Below, piece after piece: positions 26,331-39,189 of a stretch of DNA of 64,000 nucleotides. Position numbers and translations under genes: made by a program. Position 1 is the stretch's first letter. Every line of letters begins with the position of its first letter. The notes below the pieces were generated by a model that saw only the letters and a list, made by a program, of their open reading frames with translations, did no database searches and was not told where the DNA came from. Source of the DNA: Marsupella aquatica (taxonomy: Eukaryota; Plantae; Marchantiophyta); assembly GCA_973895155.1 (NCBI GenBank), contig OZ316891.1, positions 62,001 through 126,000 on the forward strand. Direction: 5' to 3'.

Positions 26331-26529
26331 TTGAGTTACCCATGGTATACTCCGATGTGCACCAATCACGGAATTTCATGAAGAACTCAACCTGCAAAAA
26401 ACCCGACAGGTTGTACTTTAGGCCAAATCATATAATGAAATCCATTGACAAGACAACGTTCTACTGATCAGCTTCATCCTTGCGCTTTAGATACTAGGAT
26501 TTTAAAAGACAATTGCCTTTGAAATAACT

Positions 26530-27169
26530 AGTCATACCTGTGTATCCTCAAGCCAATGCTTGGAATGGTTCTTGTACTTGTTCACAGCTAGTCGCAATTT
26601 GGCCACATCCTTCTTGCAGGGAGAAATTTGAGTGTGGGCTTCCCAAAATCCTTCCACAATCTGCCACACTTCAGCAGAATTTGATCACTCCTGACCTTTC
26701 TTTCATCCATAGGATATCTCTTACATGCATCTTGATCTAGCTGTTTTCTCATAGCCCCTGCTCTATGGATATTTTTCCGTTTAATACCCAATGTTGTGGC
26801 TAATGGAGTCTGGTATCTTTTCCCGACTATTGACTCTCCTACCAATGCGTTCAACAATGCTCGCTTTGAAGCTAGATGATCTTTTTGCCTACCTGACTTC
26901 ACTACATGTAGGGATTTTATAAGATCAACCGCAGCAGAAGCTACAGATGCATCAAGCTTTGCACAACCAAGCTCTGCAGGCTGGTAATCTCTCAACGAAC
27001 TATGCAACCATAATCTCTCCAAAACAAGATTTCTAGCAGCCATTTTATAATCCTTCATTCGATGCATTAAATCCCTAACTACATAAGAGATTAAACTATT
27101 GATACACCTTCGCTTCCTATTAGAAGATGGATCACCTGGATCACCTTCATCATTAGATATGTCGGACAT
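26530..27169 (-). pseudogene. N-terminal fragment of a DNA-transposon protein (possibly Sola-like)
   Basis: A 193-aa ORF ends ...RKVRSDQI. After a frameshift it continues EVWQIVEGFWEAHTQISPCKKDV...HSKHWLEDTQ. No catalytic DDE region is visible. Confidence 0.35.
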
Positions 27170-30100
27170 TCTCGTCGTCCGTGAGCAATCCAGTTGCGCC
27201 TCCCTATTGTGGAATGGCTCAATATAGGTTTATGTAAGAAACTTGTCATTTTTTTGCTCTTTGAACAAGGAATAGTAAGAAAAACATTTTAAGTGCTATC
27301 GGAGTAACTAGGTTTTAGGAACTTAAGTAGGTAGAATAGGAAAGATAGTGGAATGGAAGGTTACTGAGTTGTAAGCAAGTGACAAGGGATAAGAAAGGTC
27401 TTTATGATGGGGGATACAACGTTCCGTCCTTATTAGAATAAGCGACTATTCCAAGCCGGAGAAATAACCAGACACTTGAAGTCTTAGTTTTGGTTCAAAT
27501 TTTCCCATAGATGCTAGGAGGTCCCTAGAGCACCCCTAAAAAGTTAGATGTCAAGTGGGGTCTCAACCTAGGGTTTCCTTGTGTTTTGGTGCAACTTAAA
27601 TTAACAAAATAGCGGGTCCCGGGAAAAATAGCTGATGAGTAAATTTAGGAGTTCCAAGTTTGGAAGTGGGTTAAATATTGTCCACTCTATCCCTGGGATC
27701 TTGTGGTAGAACTTGGGTATCTTTGGTTACTTTTTGGGAGCATCTCAAAGTTGAGAAGAATTTTGGAAAACATAATAATTAACCCACTTTACCTAATTTT
27801 AGAAAATTGGTGATAAGGTTTTGTTTAGATATTAGTAAACCAGAACATAGGCCTATGTCCAGAGAATATGTGTATCTACTCACAAGTCATTTTGAACTCA
27901 TGGGTGATTTTTGGGGGCAGTCCAAAACGGCCTGGAAATGCAAAGTGTTGGGGAACGACGACGCGCAAGCTACCACTCAAGCACGAGGCCGGTGAGGAAG
28001 TCAAGCACGAGGAGGCTGTCCAAAGGTGCTGCATGTTGCTTGAGGTGCCAATTGAGCACAAGGGCAGCTGAATTGAAGGAAGGGATGCTTGAATTGAAAT
28101 GATTGTTGCTGCGAATTGAAGAGCTATAGCTGCTGAGAAGGAACAGAGCTATGGCTACAAATTAGGATTGCTGCTGGCTTTGAATTGGGGAAGGTTGCTT
28201 GCTGCTATGGCAGCTGCACAATAGATTAAAGGTGCTACTACTAATCAGGCACGAGATGCTCATGAGAATTGGCCGGCTGTTGCCTTGATGCTGTTGAATT
28301 GAATGATGCTACTGCTAGCTGCAAAATTGCAGAGGTGGGCAGCTACAAAATTGAGAAGAGAGACCTGCTTGGCTGAGTGATTGGAATAGAGCTAGTTGCT
28401 GAGAAGGAATCAAGTTATGGCTGTTGTTGCTGTGCTTCGAATGTGCTGTTGTGCTGCTAGCTGCGAAATTGAAGAGGGGGGCTACCTACGAAATTGACTA
28501 GGTGGGCTATGAGCTATGGCTGGATGTGGGCTGTTGCTGCTGATGAATTGAAGAGCTACGAGTTATGGCTGCTGGAGAAGTAGCTATTGTGGCTGTTGGA
28601 GAATCACAGCTATGGAGGATTGACATGGTGCTGGACAATCCTCTTGTGAACTGAGCCACTCTCTCTCTCTCCCTTAGTAAACATAATTCCCTTCATAAGC
28701 ACGAGAGTCTCCCCTGGTGACACCTGGAATCTCCATAAGGGGCATGTAAGGTAAGTGTAATCGGGTCGCCGCTTACACCCGCTTTACACCAAAAATAGGC
28801 CTTGGGAGAATGGGCATAACTTTGGCTAGGGGTATCCATTGGGGCCCAAATTTGTTTGTGCTTAGTGAGGGGAAGGTAAGGCACCCCTTGGTGAAGGTGG
28901 AAACCCAGAAAAAGAATCATTCAAACATGTCGGCATAGGGGGAATAAATACCAGATTTAGGGGCTGACCTTTCTTGCACAGATACCACTTTAGTTAGGCT
29001 CTAGGGAAGGGTACTTACCTTTGGTCAAGGCTGTCAAGTTAAGAGAAGTAAAGTATAGGGGGTAGTTTACTTAGGGTAGTAAAAGGGTTACAAGTAAAAT
29101 AAGGTCAACTTTGACTAAGCATAACTTGAGACTCACTCACTCTTTTTGCGAGCTTTCAAGTGGGTTGGAAAGCTGGTGAGGAGGATCATAAGTGGGAGCA
29201 GGTTTGGAGGTCAAATCATGCAACTCATATGTGGCATATTCCAGGGCTTGGAAGGAGGCCAAACAATAGGTTGTAGGATGTGCTACGAACTATAGAGTTG
29301 GACTTTGTGTATTAGGAGGACTTGGGGGAGGAGTAGTTGGACCCCAGATCAAGCTTGGTGTGGTGTGGAAGGAGAATAGTATAAGAGGAGGAGGTTTTCC
29401 TTTGTTAGGGACCAAGAGTCTCATCTCTTAAGTGGAATCTCCTTGCCAAGGTAGGGCTAAGCTTGAGAAGGGAGAGGTGATCCATGCTTAGTGTGGAGAA
29501 TGTATAGTAAACTTTTGTTGTAAAGATGATACAATAAAATGAGACTTGTCAATCTTCATTGTGACCATTAAGTGTGAGTTCATTTGAAGTGTATGAGAGC
29601 AAGATGTCACACCATTCTAGGTAGTGTTAGAGTGTATCGTACTATCTAGATCCGTATGTTTGGTATGTGTGCTATATGAGCCGATAAGGTTCCGTCAGGT
29701 TTGTGTGAGAGGGTACTTCTCACTTATGAGGCATTGAAAGGTCATCTTTCAATGTTGAGCCTTGGAGAGAGAGGAGCTTGAGTGGCTATGGTGGCTGTGA
29801 GCTCTGCTTGTGTAACATGGATTCCTTGAGTAGTGCAAGGTGCGTTGGCTTGACATACGTATGTGATCGGATCGGTGCGGGATCGATGGGGTATTGTTGA
29901 CCGGGATCGTTGTGCCGATTGTATGGAGATTACATTGAAAGATCATGAGCTTCAAACTCTATTGTGCCGACAGAAGCTCAGTCTGAGTTTGTCGTTGACG
30001 GTGACGGTTCGTGGTAGCTCGAATCAATTGGATTTGTGTTTGACGCGGATTCATGTTTCTTGAATCGTTGGTTCTATTGTTTGAGTACTCTGTTGCTGTT

Positions 30101-31255
30101 CGATCTGGTTCTGGTCAAGCTTGAACGTTGTTGGATCTGGATCTGGTCTAGATCTGGATCTGGATTGAGTTGGAGTCTAGATCTGGATCTGGAAAGAGAT
30201 GGCCGAAGGTTGCTGCTTGTATCGCACTGCTGTTTTGTGGACAGATCTGTTGGAATTTTGAGTGCTCGCAGCGTTTTATTGTCAAGGGACGCTCGTAAAA
30301 TGTCCCAAAATCGTGCACGACAGGTTTGCAGAGGTCAAGAGCCATCGACGTTGCCATTTTTGTGAAGAAAACCGTGCGCGACAGGTTTGCAGAGGTCAAG
30401 AGCCATCAACATTGCTGTTTTTGTGAAGGAAATCGCTGCTTTCGAGTGGCAAATGTTGCCATTTCTGAGCCTGACAACTTCTGTTTTGTGCACACACACA
30501 ACTGTGCGCGCATAAGGCAACGCGTGAGGTCATCCATCCCGAAAGTGCTCCCAACCGCAAGCGCGAAGTCACCCATCGCGAGCGCAAGCAGGCGCGAGGT
30601 CGAGGTCACCCATTCCAGGGATATTCCGGGTCGTGAGCGCGAGGGGAGGCACGAGGTCGAGCGCGAGGAGGTCACCCATCCCAGGACTATTCCCAGCCGC
30701 AAGCGCTTAACTGGCAAGTTCTCATCCCACCTTGTGTACACACAAGTTTTCATAACTTATTGTTTAGACTCAAGCGCCAGGGGGCTTTATACACTTTCCG
30801 GTTTGCTTAGAGCCTTGTTTCGGGCCAAATCAGAGGCTCTTTAGAGGTTTTTGATAGTTCTGAGTTCATCTAAATACACAGATTGAACCAATTGTGCATG
30901 GTTTCTCATCTATAACATTGGGACATCATGAAGCCTATTATGAAGGCCTTTCATTGAACATTATGAATATTTGTTTGATCAATGTGTGATCACTCTTGGT
31001 GTGGAGAGTTAGTGTTTGACTATTCTTGTTGATTGGATCCTCTTCACACTTGTTTCCTGTTTATGCGCCATGTTGGTTCGGTGTGGGCGCTTGATTTCAT
31101 AGGAGTGATCCGGGTTTGCAACTGGACATTCTAGTGTGCTGTGTATTTCTCTCCTGGTGATGTTGGAGTGATGCCCAACACACCATGGTGAGTGCTTGTG
31201 GTGCTGATAGGGATAGATTGTCCTAGGCACATACATTAGGTTAGGGTTGGTCACC

Positions 31256-32490
31256 ATGGATTCTTCTGGTGCTGCTGGATTACCCGATGGACGACGGACC
31301 GGTTTCACTCAAAGTGGGGCACAGTTTCGGCCAGCGGCATTGGTAGCAGTCAGCAGTGCAGCTTCAGACAGTGATTCTGATGAGGACTCGGTGACCAGTT
31401 CTCCTCATCATCAGGTGGTTGCACCTTTGTTGTGGGATATGGACAAGATGTACGGGGCTACAAAGGGCCCACGACGATACTCTGGTACAATTGGCACGAT
31501 TGATCTGGATGACTTCATCCAGGAGTTTGATACGATATGCAGACATTGCGTAACGCCACATTGTTTACCCCTTTCATGGCATGGAAGGGATTATTTCAGC
31601 ATTTGGAGGGGCCACCCATTGATGACTACCATGAGTTTTGGAAGGCTCATTTGGTTGAGATTGAGGCATGGAGGCAGCATTGGTCGCCTAATTACGTGTC
31701 CATCACCTATGGCACTAGTGCGGCTGCCCAACCCATTGCCACAGCTGCTGCTTCTTCTAGCAGCACTAGCCAGAGTGGCACACCATCCACCAGCAGCACT
31801 CCAGCAGCATCCACCGCTTCCCCTGCCGGTGTGATTGTGACAGGAACTAGAGTTGCGCTAGCATTTAACCCTGTGATGGAATTCTTTGAAGTACTGAAGC
31901 AGAACTATCAGGGTGTAAGAACTGATAAGTTGAAGGGTCTTTAGGAGTTCCAACGCAAGACTGGAGAGAGTCTACGTGAGGCATACACTCGTATGCACAG
32001 ATTGATCACTATCACCAAGGGAGTGACAGAGGCTCAGGCAGTCCAATTTTGGTATGCAATTCTGGACAGAGAATTGCGACGCAGACTGAGAGATGTCACT
32101 CTGCTTAGGGATGCAGATTCCACATTAGCAGTTGTTTTTACACTTTCTGAGCGCATTGAGCTCAATATGGTGAATGAGAAGGTGGTGACTTTTGGATTTG
32201 CCAAGGAAGCACCAAAGGCTGCATCCACATCCACACCACAGCCTACTGCACGGAAGAGCCAGAGGGAGAAGCCTACTGCACGAGAGTCTACCAGCCAAAG
32301 ACCTGTGCCCTCTTATGCTGGACAGCAGTCAGGATGTTGGACCTGTGGTGGGGATCATGCATAGAGATATTGCCCAGATCATAGAGGATTAGGGGGAGCA
32401 TCTGCGCCTGATCAGCGACAGTGTGATCACTGTGGAGCTCCTGGACACACCAAGGATAGGTGTTTCTCACTCCATCCTGAGTTACGGAGA
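31256..32490 (+). pseudogene. Gag with two CCHC zinc knuckles
   Basis: Reads YSGTIGTIDLDDFIQEFD, FQRKTGESLREAYTRM, CWTCGGDHA*RYC and CDHCGAPGHTKDRC, with one frameshift and internal stops. Confidence 0.85.
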
Positions 32491-32575
32491 GGAGAATCCC
32501 GTACACATGATCAGGAAAGAGGAGGAGGGTCTCCAGCTACATGGGGTAGAGCAATCCCATGGGGTAGAGCAATCT

Positions 32576-33048
32576 CCAGCATACATTTTGGAGAATGTGC
32601 CATTGTTAGGTGATGATCGTAGTTGTGGTGGGCTAATTTGATCCCATGTGAGGTGCTGAAGTGCGCATTTGACAGCATTCCACGCTCACCAACCTTAGTG
32701 GTGGATGATATTTTGGATCCAGGGCGTCGTGCACAGGGTGTGACCCAACCTGATAGACCTCCATTGGCAATGGTCAATGCAGTTGGGTGCCCACGTTGTG
32801 CATTACCCACTCTTGTAAGCCATTGTGCTTCATATGCATTCAGAGCAGGTGGCCCTGGACTTGTGTGGGACACAGCTCTCCAGCAGTTAGTGGAACCTAC
32901 TGCTGATGAGAGAGAGCGTGCTATGGGATTTTTGACTGGCACCACTGCAGTTGCCTCTGTGTCAGAGGGTTTGCGGCGCCAGGTTCTTGGTCAAGCAATG
33001 GACCTGAATTGTTTGACTTGGATTATCAGCTTGGGAGTAGCTGAATAG
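32576..33048 (+). pseudogene. C-terminal half of a C5 cytosine DNA methyltransferase domain (DNMT3/DRM-like) within the retrotransposon polyprotein
   Basis: Motif VI is YILENV. The motif VIII tail is WWANL. Motifs IX/X read ADERERAMGFLTGTT...LRRQVLGQAMD. Motifs I and IV (FxGxG, PC) are not present. Confidence 0.8.
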
Positions 33049-33267
33049 TTGCGGATGCGCTCTGCTGGAATTACTGATTGTCCCTTGGTGAGCTTGCGGT
33101 CCACTGAGACAATACTGACCATAGTTGGGGGCGAGCAGACAGTCCATGAACCTATGGCAGGATTGGCCAATGCTGGACAGATTGTTGAGCAGGAAGGGAC
33201 TGCTCAATCTACTGCTAAATAGCAATCATCGGCTATCTCTTCTACCCTACAAAGAGATATTAGGGAT

Positions 33268-34730
33268 TTGGTGGAGAGTTGGGAACCACAGCTTGGCCCT
33301 AAGTTGACAGGGGAGGAGAGATGTCGCATGCATCGATTCCTGAAGAGTTACTGGAATTGTTTTGCATTTAGCATGAAAGATTTGGGGACATTAAAGGGTC
33401 CTGGTATTCAGATTGAATTGGCTAGTGATGCACCAATCTTTTGTAGGCCATACCATTACAGTGACATGGAGATAGCTCTGATTCAAAGCAGAACTCAAGA
33501 TTTGTTGGAGGCTGGATTGGTGGAGATTTCATATGGGAGTATGCATCTGTCACAATGATGCCAGCCAAGAAGGATGTGCATGGCAATTACACAGATAGGC
33601 GCATGTGTGGTGTTTACAGACCCATGATTGAATCGCCAGACAAAATCTGATAGATATGCCATGCCCACACTTGAGGAGATCTTTGATGTTATGGGCATGC
33701 AAAGGTTTTCAGTTCATTGGATCTGAGGGCAGGGTACCATCAGCTTCCAATTAGGCATGCTGACAGGTCCAAGATAGCATTCTGGGGGATTGATTCTTAT
33801 GGCAAAGATCGTTTGTATCAGTGGTTATTCTTACCATTTGGGTTGAAGAATGCACCAGCTGAGTTCCAGAGAGTCATGGATCGAATCCTTGCAGGTTTGG
33901 ATTTTGTCAGATGTTATATTGATGATATTTTGGTCTATTATTCTACTGTGAAAGAACATCAGCAGCACTTGCAGACTGTGTTTGAGAGATTGAGAGCACA
34001 TGGGTTGAAGCTCCATCCTAGCAAGTGTAAGTTCTTCCAAGACCAGATTGAGTATTTGGGCCACACTATATACCCAGGGGGATTGGGTGTACAGCAGACT
34101 AAAGTGGAGGCCATTACACAGATTCCTTGTCCTACTGATGTGAGTAGAGTTCGTGCATTCTTGGGATTGGCGAGCTACTACAGGAGGTATGTTAAAGGAT
34201 TTAGCCAGCTTGCTAAACCTTTGACCATACTCACGTACTAAGTTGGATCAGGAATGGATTTGGGGTGATGACCAGGAGCATGCCTTTCAGGAGTTGAAGC
34301 AAAGGTTGGCATCAACCCCTATTTTGAGAAGACCCATTTCAGGCAGACCATTTCAGCTACACACTGATTGGAGTGGAGTAGGACTTGGAGCAGTGCTGAC
34401 TCAGAAGGATGATGAGGGGAATGAGTTTGTTGTGGCTTATGCCAGTAGATCAAACAATTCAGCAGAGGCTAAGTATAGCTCTTATGAGGGAGAGTGTTTG
34501 GCAACAGTGTGGGCTGTTGCACAATTTCGTTGCTACTTGTTTGGTAACCCCTTCACCTTGATCATCATCAGCCTCGTAAGTGGTTAATGGAGTCTGACAA
34601 GCTTACAGGGAAGCTTGCACAATGGGCATTGTTGTTACAGGAGTATGATTTCCAGGTGGTGCATAGGCCTGGAAAAGTGAACTTGGATGCAGATGGATCC
34701 AAGTCCCTAAACCCTAAACCCTTTAAGCCG
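33268..34730 (+). pseudogene. Gypsy reverse transcriptase and RNase H
   Basis: DLRAGYHQL, LPFGLKNAPAEFQR, YIDDIL, FLGLASYYRRYV, LHTDWSGVGLGAVLTQ, YSSYEGECLA. Confidence 0.95.
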
Positions 34731-34947
34731 CAATCCATGTACCAGTCAGCAGGATGAGACTGGAGCCAGATGGCATGATGAGTCAGATAAGGAGATGGTG
34801 CCAGGATGGCATGCATCTGCCTTTCTTTGTTGGGTGCCAGCATACAGTGGATCTGTGGACTCTACCTCATTGGATGGAGTGGATGATGAGTCTTCAGATG
34901 TGGATGTTGGTGAGGTAACTTTTGGATAGCAAGATATTCACAATGAT

Positions 34948-36378
34948 GTGAGAGTGTTGGAATATCTGCGCAATGGTTCTATTGTTGGCAGTGTTGATGC
35001 CAAAGAACGTGACAGGGTTCTACAAAGAGCCAAGAGGTTTCAATGGGAGGGAAACCATCTTTTGAGAGTACTGCATGATGGTAGGGCGTTGGTGGTACCA
35101 AAACCATCACAACGAGTACATTTGGTGTGACATGCACATGAGGAGTTGGGTCACTTTGGTGTGAAGCGCACTTATAGCTTGCTGTAGACACAGTATTGGT
35201 GGCGTGATATGCACACTCATGTCCAGTAGTTGATAGCTAAGTGTGTGGTATGCGATAGAGTGAGAGCATCATTTAATGCTCCCACTCCCCAGTTGCACCC
35301 GTTACCGATCATGGGTTTGGGATATCGTTGGAGTTTGGATTTTGCTGGTCCATTACCTCTTACCCAATGCCATAATCGGTATGTTTTGGTTATGGTGGAG
35401 CACTTCTCCAAGTGGATTGAGCTAGTGGCGTTGCTAGATAAAGCCAGTGGAGGAGTTGCTGCTACATTTTTGGATCGCGTACTCAGTCATTTTGGAGCAC
35501 CAGCTGAGGTGTTGACTGATCAGGGAACTGAGTTCCATGAAGAGTTTGAGAGTTTGTGTGAACAAGCTTTGATTGATCATCGTACTACCTCTCGTGATCA
35601 TCTTGAGGCAGATGGATTAGCTGAGAGAGTTGTGCAAACTGTGAAGAGAGGATTGCATAAGTATGGCTTGGCACAGGTTGGTCATCTGGGAGATTGGGAT
35701 CTCCAGCTACCTTGGTTAGCTATGGGCTACCGTTTCAGTCGGCAAGCATCACTTGCATCCTTCTCACCTTACTTTTTGCTCTATGGTAGAGAGCCAGATT
35801 TGCCAACAGCTATTCGTCGTGATGCTGCACCAGTTGTGAACTTGGATGATCCTGATGTTTGGGTCAAGGTGTGTTCAGAGAGAGCACGGGTATTTCAGAG
35901 AGTGATGCCCATGGCTTTTGATAACCTTGCCATTGCCCAACATCGTGATACTTTGAGGTATGCCACTATTCGTGGAGGAGGTTACCGTGCAAGCATTCGA
36001 CGATTTCATCTTGGTGATTATATTTATTTGCAGCAGACAGCATCCACAACACTTGATGTGACCGCAGGCCGGACAATCTTACGTGTGCGTGAAGTGTTGC
36101 CTTCTGGTGTCCTGATGTTGGAGGGACGCGATGATATGGTTTGGAAGGATCATGTGCGCAACTGTGCACCATGTCACCTTCCCAACATTGATGGTACAGT
36201 AGATCCAAGCTTGGCACATGTTCGTGCTGGCTTGAAATGTATGTTGTGTGGATCTGCTCAAGGAGCAACTACTATATTGATTTGTGATAAGTGTTCTAGA
36301 GGATGGCACATATCATGTTTGACACCACCATTGCAGGTGATTCCTAGTGGATCATGGTTGTGTCCTTAGTGTCGGTGA
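34948..36378 (+). pseudogene. Gypsy integrase (HHCC plus DDE) with C-terminal PHD finger
   Basis: HEELGHFG...CVVC, LDFAGP, TDQGTEF and AERVVQT. The C-terminus CMLC...ICDKCSRGWHISCLTPPL...WLCP*C has C4-H-C3 PHD spacing. Confidence 0.92.
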
Positions 36379-36557
36379 AGCCGACTAGTTATCATTTGTG
36401 TTCTCTTGGCAGATATGGATTGCAGGTAGGTGATCGATGGGGTTCACTTGCACCCGGCCTCCTGATCTTCACACCTAAAAATGTGTATATCAACCTTGTA
36501 GAACTCATGGCTAGCTAGCTAGAGTTAGGGGACCTTACTCCCAACTAGGGGGGCGAT

Positions 36558-37247
36558 TGTGGGTTTTGGACATGTGTGGACATGAGTTCCACTTGTATTC
36601 CATTCTCTTGTGTTTGTGATGTGGCAGTGTGACTATGTTTGGATGTATGTGACAAGCGATGTATGTTGTGTAGTGATGTGTATGCGCATGACAAAGAGAA
36701 GAGTCCATGCTATGGTGTAATCTTGGTCTAAGCTCAAAGGGGATGTGCTAGTACAAAATCAAGGCCAAGGAGGCAAGGTTAAGGTAGAGCACTACTTGAG
36801 ACTTAGAAAGGATTATAGCTTGAGGGTGGAAAGTATTTTGCTTGGTGTGTGGTGTTAACAAGAAGTAAGAACAAGAGGAAGAGTCCTTAGATAGAGGAGC
36901 CTTCTCTAGAGCTCAAAGGGGATGTGTGGACCCAAACCAAGGCCAGGGGGCAAGGTTGAGGAGTAACACTACTTTGAGGGTCTTGAGGAGACTTAAGCTT
37001 GAAGAGGAAAGTACTTTGGGTTCTTGGGTGTTTGTGTGAGAATCTATTCTAAGGTGACAGCTTGGAGTGGAGATCCCCCTTGCTGATCCTTGGAGTAGAG
37101 GAGAGGGGAAGGGTGTGAGTGCAAAAGTAGTCAAGGGGACTACCTCTCTAGAAGTGGAGAGTTGAAACTACTTATGTATGGAGTGATTAGACATTGTAAG
37201 CACATTTCAGAAGTTTTTTGTCAATCCTTTGTGACCCTGGTATGACA
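36558..37247 (+). repeat. Putative 3' LTR of the Gypsy element
   Basis: Starts TGT immediately after the polypurine tract and ends ...tatgaCA. It has an internal repeat 'gctcaaaggggatgtg'. No close 5' partner was found. Confidence 0.55.
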
Positions 37248-37427
37248 TGGAGCAAGTAGTAGGTAGTTTTTTAGGAGAAAAGTCCCTTAAGCTTCTTGAC
37301 AAGTGTTTGACACCTATATTGAGCTATTTTCCTTGCTGCGTCTCGTGCGCTGAATGCTGCAGCGCTGCTGAAATGATTCATCAGAAACTCTGGCTTGCCA
37401 GGCTTCCTAGAAGATTGTACTTGTCTA

Positions 37428-37871
37428 TTATTTTAATGTATGAAGACAAGCTTCGCTTCTACCTATGCTCACTTTCAAAAGAGACAATTGTTCTCTGCCT
37501 TCAACTAATTCATTTTGTAAGTTTAAGCGCATGGTCTCTGAGAACTGAGCCACCTCTAAACACGTCTGCATAGTTGTTTCTTGTGCCTTGTTCATAGCAG
37601 CAGTCGTCAGTTCTTCACATTGTTGCTTCACGAGAAGAACCAATTGTTGACCTTCTTGCTCTGCCTTGGCAAGGATTACTTGACGTTGCTCCTCTATTAA
37701 ATCAAAAAGTATGTCCATAGTGTCAAACTCATTGCTTGCGCTACTGCATTGAGTTGTTGCATCCTTCTGCTTCCTCACAGTCCAGTCATAATATTTCTGG
37801 CGCCTTTGATGGTTTTGTTCCTCTCTCTTATATTTTTGTAATTCATCTTCTACTTCACACAGGATTGCCAT
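37428..37871 (-). other. Uncharacterised coiled-coil ORF fragment, probably transposon-derived
   Basis: 147-aa E/Q/K-rich heptad-like ORF with no recognised domain. Confidence 0.3.
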
Positions 37872-39189
37872 CTATCATGGGTTACCAGAAATTGCTATGG
37901 CGATGCAGCTCAAAATATTCATCAAATGTCTCCCTTCAACATTGTCGCCTCTCATGGATGAACAAAACTATTGACAAAGGCTTTGTTCCTCCAAGGTTTC
38001 GATAGAAAATGGGATTTGAAAACAGTGACAGTAGGCTTGCTTGAATCCCTCGGCGCTTAGAGTACTGAGCGCATTTAAAAAAAAAGCACTGCAAAAAGAG
38101 TCTTTGTGTGTCAGTCCTTCTAATTTGACTTAGCACAAAGTGCGGGTGGCCCATTAATTGGTATTTGTCCAGGATGCCCATTAAATGGTAAGTATTTTAA
38201 ATTTTGAGTCCTCAAACCAACGACTCTAATCAGACAAACATCCTTAATCACGGACCAGCTGGTTTTGGGGCCACCACTTTTTTTTCGAGGCCCTACATTC
38301 AATGCATGTTTGGAATCATATTCAAATATGACCTTAGGATGGGTACTAAACAAATCTGGGCCATTCCATGTCACATTTTGGTCACTTGGGAATATTCTTG
38401 GAATTATAGCAAGGACTAGGTCCTTTTTGTGGAGAAAATGGGAGACTTTTCAGTACCCCTTGATCTTGCTTTCCACCCTTTCATCATTTTTGGTCCTATG
38501 TCATGCCTAGGTACATGGCCATCGGTTCCACTCGCCATGTCCTTCGCATGACCGCCAAGTCTTTGGGTCCACTATAGTTTTGTTGGCTTGTGATCTGGGT
38601 TCCATATGCCCAAGTTAGGCCCCAATTAGGGCCATAGTTGACATTTGTTCTTGTAGGGCAAGTATGGGTGTTCTTGAAGCAAAGCTATTTGTTAGGGGCA
38701 CCTTTTTGCTTCATCTAGTCATAGTTGACATCTTTTTTCTTCATCTAGTTCACTTGTAGTTGACACTCTGTTTTTGTAAGGAGAGTTGGTGTTCTTGAAG
38801 CAAAGGTGTTTTTGTGTGCTTCATCCATACTTAATTCTTAGTTAGATTTTCTTGAATCATTGTCAAGGTAGTGCAATTCAGCCATAGCTTGCTGAATTCC
38901 GTACGGAATTAGACATTGATTTCTTAGATGCTCCCGACCGATCTTGGCATCCCGCCGGTTTTCATTTCATTTCCGTTCAGTACACCGATTCTATGACGCA
39001 CTTTTATATACAAAGGTTCACACCTCCATTACGTACATATCCATTTCATCATTTGTGTACATTTGCAACATGTTCTTTAATTTGTTTTTGAGTTAAATTG
39101 ACTCGATGGGTTGGCCGCATGTTTACAATTTGTTTATGTCACGACAATACATGTCAGACACCTATAGATGCGATAGATAGGGGACTGAA

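Larger units (their letters stand above)
29640..37247 (+). mobile_element. Degenerate Ty3/Gypsy LTR retrotransposon: gag - DNMT fragment - RT - RNase H - integrase - PHD
   Basis: Domain order is RT-RH-INT. A polypurine tract 'aggggggcga' near 36547 is followed by TG at 36558. The 5' boundary is approximate. There are many stops and frameshifts. Confidence 0.9.

Noticed and set aside
29100-29570. 5' LTR matching 36558-37247
   Set aside because: Only a short motif (ttgtcaatc...tgtgacc) is shared, which is not enough to define an LTR pair or a TSD.
32576-33048. Functional host DRM/DNMT3 gene
   Set aside because: The segment is intronless, embedded between gag and RT, and lacks the SAM-binding motif I and the catalytic PC motif.
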